IMG/VR virus record: IMGVR_UViG_3300034279_000149
Length of the DNA stretch: 64,000 nt
Reading direction: 5' to 3' (one strand)
Source of the DNA: an uncultured virus (IMG/VR IMGVR_UViG_3300034279_000149)
Taxonomy: Duplodnaviria > Heunggongvirae > Uroviricota > Caudoviricetes
The stretch's first letter is position 1, and each line of letters starts with the position of its first letter. The notes beneath the pieces were generated by a model. That model searched no databases and had not been told where the DNA came from. It saw only the letters and a program-made list of their open reading frames with translations. Of this stretch, positions 46,756-55,300 are shown one piece after another. The position numbers and the translations under genes are program-made.

Positions 46756-47120
46756 TGAGTGAAAAAGAAACATATATTGATACCGCCAAAGAAGTTGCTG
46801 GTAAAGCAATTGGTCGGCACGGCTTAATCTATATAACCATCATTGTGGCTATGGGGGTTGGCGCTTCTGTAGTACTGGAAGAGGGTAAAATGGCTGCCGT
46901 AATGGGTCTTTTGGGTGCGTCATTAACCGCCCTAATCTCCATGCTAAACGGTGTTGCTGGCGCTACGCCAAAGCAAGATAAACCTGAGTTTGAGATTATG
47001 AAAGAACTCATCAATCGCTTAGATGGTATGGCAGACCGTGATCCGATGAGCGTGGAAGTCAAAGGCGATACTGTAGTTGTTAAAAAGGGTGACCACGAAA
47101 CTACTGTAGGGCGAAAATAA
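46755..47120 (+). CDS. Two-TM membrane protein (holin/antiholin candidate)
   Basis: Two hydrophobic helices; TAATG-coupled. Confidence 0.55.
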   Translation: MSEKETYIDTAKEVAGKAIGRHGLIYITIIVAMGVGASVVLEEGKMAAVMGLLGASLTALISMLNGVAGATPKQDKPEFEIMKELINRLDGMADRDPMSVEVKGDTVVVKKGDHETTVGRK

Positions 47121-47626
47121 TGATGGACACCCTAATTGGACTTCTTAAAGGCGTTGCTCCTGTTCTGGCTACTGCTGTTGCTGGTCCTGCTGGTGGAGCT
47201 GCTGTGGGCTGGATTGCTTCTAAACTTGGCATCCCTGACGATACTATCGAAGGTGTAACTGCTGCACTGCAAGGTAATCCTGAAATGGCAATGAAGCTCA
47301 AAGAACTTGACCTTGAGTATGCTAAGTTAGACGCGGCAGACAGGGACTCAGCCCGCAAAGCCTATGCCCAAGTAGCTACTAGCGAGAACGCTACTAAGCT
47401 GGATAAGTCGGTAGTGCCTATTCTTGCGCTCGGCACGGTTTCCCTTGCGTTTATGTTTATTGCCATTCTGATGTTCCGTGACGTGCCAGTAGACCAGCAG
47501 CAGATGGTGATCTTTGCGCTAGGGTTTATTACTAGTTCGGCTGGTCAGGTGCTGTCGTTTTACTTCGGATCAAGCCAAGGCAGTAAAGACAAAAACAAAG
47601 AAATTCAGGAGCTAATGAAAAAATGA
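47120..47626 (+). CDS. Holin-like protein
   Basis: APVLATAVAGPAGG, DRDSAR, two TMs, FYFGSS; directly upstream of the endolysin. Confidence 0.7.
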   Translation: MMDTLIGLLKGVAPVLATAVAGPAGGAAVGWIASKLGIPDDTIEGVTAALQGNPEMAMKLKELDLEYAKLDAADRDSARKAYAQVATSENATKLDKSVVPILALGTVSLAFMFIAILMFRDVPVDQQQMVIFALGFITSSAGQVLSFYFGSSQGSKDKNKEIQELMKK

Positions 47627-48081
47627 CCAAACTAACTGAACACTTTTCCCTTGCCGAACTAACCGTATCTGATATTGGTGCACGTAACGGCTGGGATAAT
47701 ACCCCGAATGAAACAGAAACTGCTAACCTTGAGCGCTTGGCTTTAATGCTAGAGGACGTACGTGATTTACTTGGTAAGCCGATTTTAATAAATAGTGCGT
47801 TTCGTTCCAAGCAGGTAAACGACGGGGTAGGTTCTAAAGATTCGTCACAACATCGTATTGGGTGTGCTGCTGATATTAGGGTCCCAGGTATGAACCCAGA
47901 CCAAGTTTGCCGTGCGATTATTGATGCTAAGTTACCGTACGATCAGATTATTCGTGAGTTCTATAACCCTGAAACCAATGCTGGTGGCTGGACACATATC
48001 TCGGTACCCAATACAAAAGACATGACACCACGCCGACAAGCGCTTATCATTGATAAGCAGGGTACACGTTCATTTTCCTAG
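47623..48081 (+). CDS. Endolysin, peptidase M15A
   Basis: HFSLAEL, SAFRS..VN..VG...SQH..GCAADI, WTHIS. Confidence 0.9.
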   Translation: MTKLTEHFSLAELTVSDIGARNGWDNTPNETETANLERLALMLEDVRDLLGKPILINSAFRSKQVNDGVGSKDSSQHRIGCAADIRVPGMNPDQVCRAIIDAKLPYDQIIREFYNPETNAGGWTHISVPNTKDMTPRRQALIIDKQGTRSFS

Positions 48082-48089
48082 GGTAAACC

Positions 48090-50312
48090 ATGCCATTACA
48101 GAAACTCCAGTTCAGACCAGGGCTTAACCGCGAAGGAACGGATTACAGCAACGAGGGCGGTTATTTTGACTGCGACAAGGTGCGTTTTCGTTCTGGCTTT
48201 CCTGAAAAGATTGGCGGATGGATTCGCCTGTCTAACGACACGTTTCTGGGCGTAGCCCGTGCACTGTGGAACTGGGTTACTTTAAACGGTGCTAACTTAT
48301 TGGGTGTTGGCACTAACCTTAAATACTATATTGAGCAGGGTGGTGACTATAACGACGTTACACCCATTCGTGCCACATTTACTACCGCATCTACGCCGAC
48401 TACAAACAACATTATTAAAACGACTAATGGCTCTAATGTCATTACGATTGACTACGCAAACTACGGTGGTATATCAGGTGACTTTGTAACCATTAGCGGC
48501 GCTACTGCAGTGGGCGGAATACCCGCCGATCAGTTAAACGCAGAACATCAGATTACGTATGTAGACTTAGACACCTTTACGTTTACCGTAGCAAGCAATG
48601 CAACTTCAACTGCCACTGGCGGGGGCACAGCTATTGTTATGGCGTTTCAAATCCAGACTGGTTTGGACACCTTTATTGTTGGCACTGGCTGGGGTGCAGG
48701 AACTTGGCCTTCTTATATAAACACAACCTTAACAAACCCATTTACTGCCGCTAGTATCGGGGTTTCTGTTCTTACGGTTACTCAGGCAGGTCATGGTTTA
48801 ACCAGCGGCGACTACGTATATTTTTCTAGTATTTCTGCTGATGCTTGCGGAATCAACCGTTTAGTACTGCAAAAGGCGTTTCCAATTACCGTTACTAGTT
48901 CAAGCACCTACACTATATCAACTGTTATAGGCGGCTTTACTTACTTAACTACTTCGACTGCAGCATCTGGCGGTACGGTTGTAGTATCAACTCCTGTGGC
49001 TCCTGTACGGGGCTGGGGCGCTGCAGCGGCTGTGGGTATTGGTCAGCAGTTACGCCTTTGGACAAACGATAACTTTGGGCAAGATTTAATTATTGCCCCT
49101 CGTGGTGGCGCTATTTATTACTGGAACGCAACTACTGGCGTTTCTGTACGAGCGGTAGAATTAAGTACTTTAGCTTCTGGCGCAACGGTTCCAGGCACTT
49201 CTTATACTTACCAAGACTTTGTTCCAAACCAAACAAATCAAATTATTGGCTCCTCAATTCAGCGTTTTGTAATTACGTTTGGTTCAAATCCATATGACCC
49301 AACTAATCCAACTACACCTTTTGACCCCCTTTTAGTACGCTGGTCTGACCAAGAAAATCCGTTTTTATGGGTTCCAGAAGCCACAAACCAATCAGGTGAG
49401 TACCGCCTAAATATTGGTTCGTTTATTATGTGCGCAAAATCTACCCGCCAAGAGATTTTGGTTTGGTCAGACGCTGCTATTTACTCCATGCAGTATTTAG
49501 GACCTCCTTATGTTTGGGGTTTCCAGTTGTTGCAAGACAACATAACCATCATGTCACCTAATGCGGCGATTACGGTAAACAACGTGACTTACTGGATGGG
49601 TACAGATAAGTTCTTCTCATATACAGGTCGTGTGGAAACTTTGCCATGTACGCTGTGGCAGTTCGTCTTTGACGACATTAATAAAGACCAAGCGTTCCAA
49701 GTGTTTGCTGGATCAAATGAGTCCTACAACGAGGTATGGTGGTTCTACTGCTCGCAAAACAGTAATGCAGTCGACAAGTACATTATTTACAACTACCTTG
49801 AGCGGGTATGGTCGTACGGCACAATGGCTAGAACGGCTTGGTTAGACTCAGGTTTGCGTCAGTTCCCAATGGCTGCCTATCCAACAGGCAATAAGATCTT
49901 GTTCCATGAAGCCAACGTAGATGACGTATCAGGGTTAACCCCAGTACCGATTGAGGCGTATATTCAGTCTTCTGACTTTGACATTGGTGACGGACATAAC
50001 TTTGGTTTTGTGTGGCGTATCCTACCAGACATTACGTTTAACGGCTCAAATGCAAACCAGCCATCGGTTACGATGACCCTGCGCCCACGGCAGAACTCAG
50101 GAACACCTTATGGTAGGGCAGATAGACCTCAAGTAGCCAGTACGCAGAACTACACCAGCCGCAATACCTACGAGGTTCAAGAGTTTGATGGGCAGGTTTA
50201 TACCCGCTTACGTGCTCGCCAAATGAGCTTTCGGATTGAGTCAAGCGGTTTAGGAGTAGCTTGGCAGTTAGGTAGCCCACGTATTGATATTAGACCTGAC
50301 GGTAGACGTTAA
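48090..50312 (+). CDS. Tail nozzle / DNA stabilization protein (P22 gp10-like)
   Basis: 740 aa, beta-rich; VRWSDQEN; EVWWFY; precedes the ejection genes. Confidence 0.7.
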   Translation: MPLQKLQFRPGLNREGTDYSNEGGYFDCDKVRFRSGFPEKIGGWIRLSNDTFLGVARALWNWVTLNGANLLGVGTNLKYYIEQGGDYNDVTPIRATFTTASTPTTNNIIKTTNGSNVITIDYANYGGISGDFVTISGATAVGGIPADQLNAEHQITYVDLDTFTFTVASNATSTATGGGTAIVMAFQIQTGLDTFIVGTGWGAGTWPSYINTTLTNPFTAASIGVSVLTVTQAGHGLTSGDYVYFSSISADACGINRLVLQKAFPITVTSSSTYTISTVIGGFTYLTTSTAASGGTVVVSTPVAPVRGWGAAAAVGIGQQLRLWTNDNFGQDLIIAPRGGAIYYWNATTGVSVRAVELSTLASGATVPGTSYTYQDFVPNQTNQIIGSSIQRFVITFGSNPYDPTNPTTPFDPLLVRWSDQENPFLWVPEATNQSGEYRLNIGSFIMCAKSTRQEILVWSDAAIYSMQYLGPPYVWGFQLLQDNITIMSPNAAITVNNVTYWMGTDKFFSYTGRVETLPCTLWQFVFDDINKDQAFQVFAGSNESYNEVWWFYCSQNSNAVDKYIIYNYLERVWSYGTMARTAWLDSGLRQFPMAAYPTGNKILFHEANVDDVSGLTPVPIEAYIQSSDFDIGDGHNFGFVWRILPDITFNGSNANQPSVTMTLRPRQNSGTPYGRADRPQVASTQNYTSRNTYEVQEFDGQVYTRLRARQMSFRIESSGLGVAWQLGSPRIDIRPDGRR

Positions 50313-50983
50313 TGGCATATACCCCGTTACGCCCCCCGAAAGCGCCCAATTTACTAGTCGCGCCTATTGTTTATGACCAGCGTTACGTAGACCAGCTTAC
50401 TAATGCCCTGCGTTTGTACTTTAACCAGATTGATAACGGCATGGCGTTTTTGCTGTCTGGCACAGGCGGGGCTAGTCTAAGTTTGCCGTTTATTGCTGCA
50501 TCTGACTCAACCGACCAGATTGCAACAGACTCTAATACCCCTGCGGTTGTGAAATGGAATACGCTTGATGGAGGTAACGGATTTACTCTAAATGCTCCTG
50601 GATCGGCTACGGCGCTTGTGTCGGGTGTGTATAAAATTACATATAGCCTTCAGTTTACAAATACGGACAATGCCGCCCATGATGCTGCGGTTTGGTTAAA
50701 AATCAATAACATTGATGTACCCCGCTCAACAACCATATTTACTGTGCCAGCCCGTAAAAGCGCTGGGGTATTTAGTTATGTCTGTGCCTACTCAGAAGTC
50801 GTGTTTTCTTTAGAGGCTGGTGATGAGATGGAGCTGTACTGGGCAACTGGGCAATCGTATCGGGTTTCACCAGCAAGAGACGGTATTTACATAGAAGCAT
50901 TAGCTGCTCAAACTAGCCCATATACCAGACCTGCAACCCCGTCTGCATTAGGCTCAATTACCTTTGTTTCTAGGCTTCCATAG
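50312..50983 (+). CDS. Tail accessory protein
   Basis: LRLYFNQID, then a beta-sandwich (GVYKITYSLQF). Confidence 0.6.
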   Translation: MAYTPLRPPKAPNLLVAPIVYDQRYVDQLTNALRLYFNQIDNGMAFLLSGTGGASLSLPFIAASDSTDQIATDSNTPAVVKWNTLDGGNGFTLNAPGSATALVSGVYKITYSLQFTNTDNAAHDAAVWLKINNIDVPRSTTIFTVPARKSAGVFSYVCAYSEVVFSLEAGDEMELYWATGQSYRVSPARDGIYIEALAAQTSPYTRPATPSALGSITFVSRLP

Positions 50984-51030
50984 GGGACATAACAATGATA
51001 AAGTACTACTTAATTTAGACGAGGTGTGAT

Positions 51031-52491
51031 ATGGCTGGTGGCGGCGTAGGCGAGGCAATGTTAATTGGAGCAGCGGTAGGTGCTACTGCTGGCGGTGCTG
51101 GTGCGGCTATTCAAGGCGGTGACCCACTTAAAGGCGCACTTACTGGCGGTGCTTTAGGCGCTGTTGGGGGTGGTTTAGGGGCTGGTGTTGGCGCCGCTGG
51201 TGGCGCTGGAGCTGGTGGAGCTGGTGGCGCTACGGCTGGTACAACTGCGGGAACTACGGCTGGTACAACTGCGGGAACTACGGCTGGTACTACAGGAAGT
51301 GTTTTTGGTGGCGCTAGTGAAGGTATTGCTGGGGCTACAAATTTAGGTTCTTCTATTAGTGGTGGCACTGGGGCTACAGGCGGCGCTGGTATTGGGGATG
51401 TATTTGCTGGATTTTCTCCTACGGGTTCAGCCGCTGGTACTGCTGGCGCTACTGTCCCTGCTGGAGGGTATGGCGTTGCTGGTGGTAGTGCTGGAACTAC
51501 AGGTGGTGTAACTGCTGGAACTACAGGTGGTAAAGCACCCCCCGTTACTAATGTATTTGGTCAAACTGCTGGAACTCCTGGATATTTATCAAATACGGCT
51601 TTAGGTATGACCGCTGCAACTTCTGGTATTGCTGGCGCTTCACAAGCTGAAAGAGCGCAGTTTGGTATGCCTCCTGGCGAAGAATACGATGGTCCTTTAA
51701 GCAGGCTCAGATACGATCCAGATCAATTTAGGGCTTCTGAACCTACTTATGCTCCTGGCAGTGTGTATCGCCCAACTTATGCTGCTGAGGGGGGAATTAT
51801 GCAAGCCTTCCAATCTGGTGGGCCTGTTGAACGCATGAGTCAAATGAACACGGCATTAAACCCACAAGGCGGTTTGTACCCACAAGGCATGATTGATAAG
51901 ACCCAATATGCTGTTCCTACTCAGCGTCCTACTAGTATGGAAGTACTAGATGCAGGTGCCCAAAGAACGTTTGCTGCTGGTGGTATTGTTCGTTATGCTC
52001 CTGGTGGCATGATTGATCCGTCTATGGGTATTGCTGCAGCACAGCAATCTAATCAACAATCTACAGGATCTTCAGGTATTGATAACCTCATGGGTAACAA
52101 AAAACGTATGTTAACCAAAGAACAGATGGACGCCGTTGCATTGCAAGGCATGTCTAAAGACGCTATGCAAGATGTTTATGGGCAGATGGCAGCACAGGGT
52201 TTAGCTAAAGGCGGTCAGTTAGGAGGATACTCAGATGGTGGCAGGATGCTTAAAGGGCCTGGTGATGGGATGTCTGACTCTATTCCTGGGGTTATTGCTA
52301 ACAAACAGCCTGCCCGACTGGCTGACGGGGAATTCGTGGTTCCTGCTGATGTGGTCTCTCATCTAGGCAATGGCTCTACTGATGCGGGTGCTAAACAACT
52401 TTACGCCATGATGAACCGAGTACGTAAAGCCCGCACGGGGAACTCCAAGCAGGGCAAGCAAATTAAACCAGCTAAGTACATGGCTGCTTAA
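51031..52491 (+). CDS. Internal virion / ejection protein (Gly-rich)
   Basis: GA-rich N-terminus; six xxGG motifs; GPGDGMSDSIP...LADGEFVVPADVV. Confidence 0.7.
   Translation: MAGGGVGEAMLIGAAVGATAGGAGAAIQGGDPLKGALTGGALGAVGGGLGAGVGAAGGAGAGGAGGATAGTTAGTTAGTTAGTTAGTTGSVFGGASEGIAGATNLGSSISGGTGATGGAGIGDVFAGFSPTGSAAGTAGATVPAGGYGVAGGSAGTTGGVTAGTTGGKAPPVTNVFGQTAGTPGYLSNTALGMTAATSGIAGASQAERAQFGMPPGEEYDGPLSRLRYDPDQFRASEPTYAPGSVYRPTYAAEGGIMQAFQSGGPVERMSQMNTALNPQGGLYPQGMIDKTQYAVPTQRPTSMEVLDAGAQRTFAAGGIVRYAPGGMIDPSMGIAAAQQSNQQSTGSSGIDNLMGNKKRMLTKEQMDAVALQGMSKDAMQDVYGQMAAQGLAKGGQLGGYSDGGRMLKGPGDGMSDSIPGVIANKQPARLADGEFVVPADVVSHLGNGSTDAGAKQLYAMMNRVRKARTGNSKQGKQIKPAKYMAA
51231..51296 (+). repeat. Coding tandem repeat (AGTT peptide, 24-bp unit)
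   Basis: ACGGCTGGTACAACTGCGGGAACT repeated about 2.5 times. Confidence 0.8.
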
Positions 52492-52904
52492 TGAAGTTAA
52501 CGGTTCAACCAGTAGGAATACAGTACGTCCATAAGATATGGCCTTTAGTAGAAGAACTGTTTGAAAAAGCAAACAAACACGATACTGGGGACTACACCTT
52601 AGATCAGATTAGAGGTTTACTGGCTACAGGTTCCTGGGTATTATTAGTAGCAACGGACGAAGAAAATGTTATCCACGGTGCGGCATCGGTGAGTTTTTAC
52701 AATATGCCTAACTATCGAGTTGGATTTATTACTGCAATGGCTGGTAAAGCAATTGTGAATGAAGATGTTTATGGGCAGGTTTGTAGCTTTATAAAGGCGA
52801 ACGGAGCTACACGAGTTCAATGCGCTGCTAGAGAATCTGCTGCACGGCTGTACAAGCAAGTTGGTATGGAAGAACGCCACATTATTATGGAAACGAAGCT
52901 ATGA
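52491..52904 (+). CDS. GNAT-like protein (P22 gp14/T7 gp13 position)
   Basis: FIKANGATRVQCAARESAARLYKQVG; lies between ejection genes. Confidence 0.55.
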   Translation: MKLTVQPVGIQYVHKIWPLVEELFEKANKHDTGDYTLDQIRGLLATGSWVLLVATDEENVIHGAASVSFYNMPNYRVGFITAMAGKAIVNEDVYGQVCSFIKANGATRVQCAARESAARLYKQVGMEERHIIMETKL

Positions 52905-55291
52905 GCTTTTTAAAATCTAAACACAGCGGTTGGACTTGGGACTTAAAACGCACACCTTTTGCAGGTGGAGGCTCAGGTGGTGGCGGACCCACTCAAACTA
53001 CGGTTTCTAATACCAATATTCCTGAGTATGCTCGCCCCTATGTAGAGACAATGCTTGGCACTGCCCAGCAACAAATATATAACTATGGGCCCCCCGATGC
53101 TCAAGGTAACAGAACAGTTACAGGCTTTAAACCATATATACCTTACGGCGCTACGGTAGATGCCTATGGAAATATTACTAATACAGCACAAGAACAAGCC
53201 AGCGCAGCAGTAGCTGGATTTAGCCCATTACAGCAACAAGCTCAAACTAGTGTAGGTCAGCTACGGGTTCCTGGACAGTTTGATACAGGCACAGGATTTG
53301 CCGCTTTAGGTGGTATCGGCGCAGCTAATATTGCAGAACGTGCCGCTGGTGCAGGGGAACAATATAACCAAATGGCCACAAATCCATATGCGCAACAAGC
53401 GTTTATGTCGCCTTATATTCAAAACGCATTGCAGCCACAGCTTCAAGAGATGCAGCGTCAGTATGACATTACAGGTTTGCAAGAGCGTGGTAAAGCCGTT
53501 GGTGCTGGTGCATTTGGTGGAACTCGTCAAGCACTCATGCAAGCTGAAAACCAGCGTAATAAGAACATGGCTATGAACCAAGCGATTGGCTCAGGTTATC
53601 AAAATGCTTTCCAAGCAGCACAACAAGCCCAGCAGTTTGGTGCTAACTTAGGTCTTCAAGGCTACGGTACTGCCCTTCAAGGTACAGGTCAACTGGCTCA
53701 AGCTGGTAGAACATTAGCCGATATTGGCGGTGCCCAGCTTCAAGCCCAGCAAGGCATTATTGGATTGCAATCTCAAATGGGTGGACAACAGCAGCAACTT
53801 GAGCAACAACGTATTAATCAGGCTATCCAAAATTACGCTATGCAGCAGCAGTACCCACAACAACAGCTGGCATTTATGTCTGGATTAACTCGTGGTTTAC
53901 CATTGCAATCGGCTACTACACAGTCTTATCAAGCTGCTCCTTCGGCGATTTCACAAATTGGTGGACTTGGCTTAACTGGCGCTGCAGCATATGGCATGAT
54001 GAAAAAAGAAGGCGGCATCATTAAGTCTTATGCCGAGGGTGGTGCAATTGAGGGTACAGAAGACTTTGCAAGTGGTGGTATTACTCGCAAGGTAATGTTA
54101 AATCCTGATAAGTATTCCACACAGATGATTGACCGTGGTGTTAAAAGCGGGGTTATTGACGACATCGTTGGTCTAGCTGCACTGCAGCAGAAAAATCAAG
54201 AAACTAAGGATCGTCAAGCTGCCGCTGCTATGGCACAGGGTACACCCCCTACGGTTAAGGACCAGATCCTAGCCGAAGCCCAGCAGCTTCAAGGTATTGA
54301 CAACGCACCTAGCAATCTACCTACTGAATACGCTGGTGGCGGTATTGTTGCTTTCCAAGAAGGCGGCAGCACTATGGGTGGGTTTGAAACCGAACTTAGC
54401 CCACAAGCGCTTGCTGCGGACGAAGAACGTCGTAAAGAAGCAGAGAAACGGTCGTATGCTTCCATGCTTGGCTATACAAAACCAGAGGCAGCAGCAGCCC
54501 CAGCTGAAGTCCCTGCTAAACCCGACACAGGTATTCGGATTCTCCCCGATGAACCTAAAGCTAAGCCCTCAATAATGAATGCGCCAGCGGCAGCACCTGC
54601 TAAAGATACTGGTATGGGTGCGGGGGGTATTGATGACTTAATTCGTCAATCTATTGGTGATATAAGAACAAGCGCACAAGCATCTAAAGACGCACGTAAA
54701 GAAGCTAAGTTAATGACTATGCTTCAGGCTGGTCTCGGTATTGCAAGCGGAACATCACCTTATGCTCTAGCTAACTTAAAAGGCGCTATGCCTGCTCTGC
54801 AAGGCTATCAAGAAGAAATGCGTGGTATTCGTGGTGACGAGGCTAAACAAATTGCTCAGATCGCTGCACTCAACCTCAAAGGTGCAGAGCTTAAGCAAGA
54901 GCTTGATAAGCTGGGTATTACTAAAGAACGCTATGAATCACAAAATAAAGTAGATGCAGCAAGAGCTCAATACTTACTTGGCGGTAAAGGTGCAGGACAA
55001 GGTATTGCTAATTACGGACCTGTTACCAACGAAGCCTATTTAAAACTTAAAGATCAGTACGCAAACTTTGCGCTTAATCCTAAAGCAAACCCAGCATTTT
55101 ATGCGTCGTTACCTCAACCTGTTAAAGATGCTTTAAAAGCAAAAGTCGGCACACCTTCTTATGAGCGGGGTTTAGAAAAGGCTCGAGAGATTGCCAACCA
55201 ACAATTTGCTGCCGATATAAATGCAATGCGTACACTATCAGCTAGAAAAGGTCCGAGCGCTTCAGCCCCTTATAATCCAGCACTAGAGTAA
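52901..55291 (+). CDS. DNA ejection / pilot protein
   Basis: Q/G/A-rich; FSPLQQQA, MSPYIQN, GAFGGTRQ; five xxGG motifs. Confidence 0.7.
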   Translation: MSFLKSKHSGWTWDLKRTPFAGGGSGGGGPTQTTVSNTNIPEYARPYVETMLGTAQQQIYNYGPPDAQGNRTVTGFKPYIPYGATVDAYGNITNTAQEQASAAVAGFSPLQQQAQTSVGQLRVPGQFDTGTGFAALGGIGAANIAERAAGAGEQYNQMATNPYAQQAFMSPYIQNALQPQLQEMQRQYDITGLQERGKAVGAGAFGGTRQALMQAENQRNKNMAMNQAIGSGYQNAFQAAQQAQQFGANLGLQGYGTALQGTGQLAQAGRTLADIGGAQLQAQQGIIGLQSQMGGQQQQLEQQRINQAIQNYAMQQQYPQQQLAFMSGLTRGLPLQSATTQSYQAAPSAISQIGGLGLTGAAAYGMMKKEGGIIKSYAEGGAIEGTEDFASGGITRKVMLNPDKYSTQMIDRGVKSGVIDDIVGLAALQQKNQETKDRQAAAAMAQGTPPTVKDQILAEAQQLQGIDNAPSNLPTEYAGGGIVAFQEGGSTMGGFETELSPQALAADEERRKEAEKRSYASMLGYTKPEAAAAPAEVPAKPDTGIRILPDEPKAKPSIMNAPAAAPAKDTGMGAGGIDDLIRQSIGDIRTSAQASKDARKEAKLMTMLQAGLGIASGTSPYALANLKGAMPALQGYQEEMRGIRGDEAKQIAQIAALNLKGAELKQELDKLGITKERYESQNKVDAARAQYLLGGKGAGQGIANYGPVTNEAYLKLKDQYANFALNPKANPAFYASLPQPVKDALKAKVGTPSYERGLEKAREIANQQFAADINAMRTLSARKGPSASAPYNPALE

Positions 55292-55300
55292 GGAATAACC

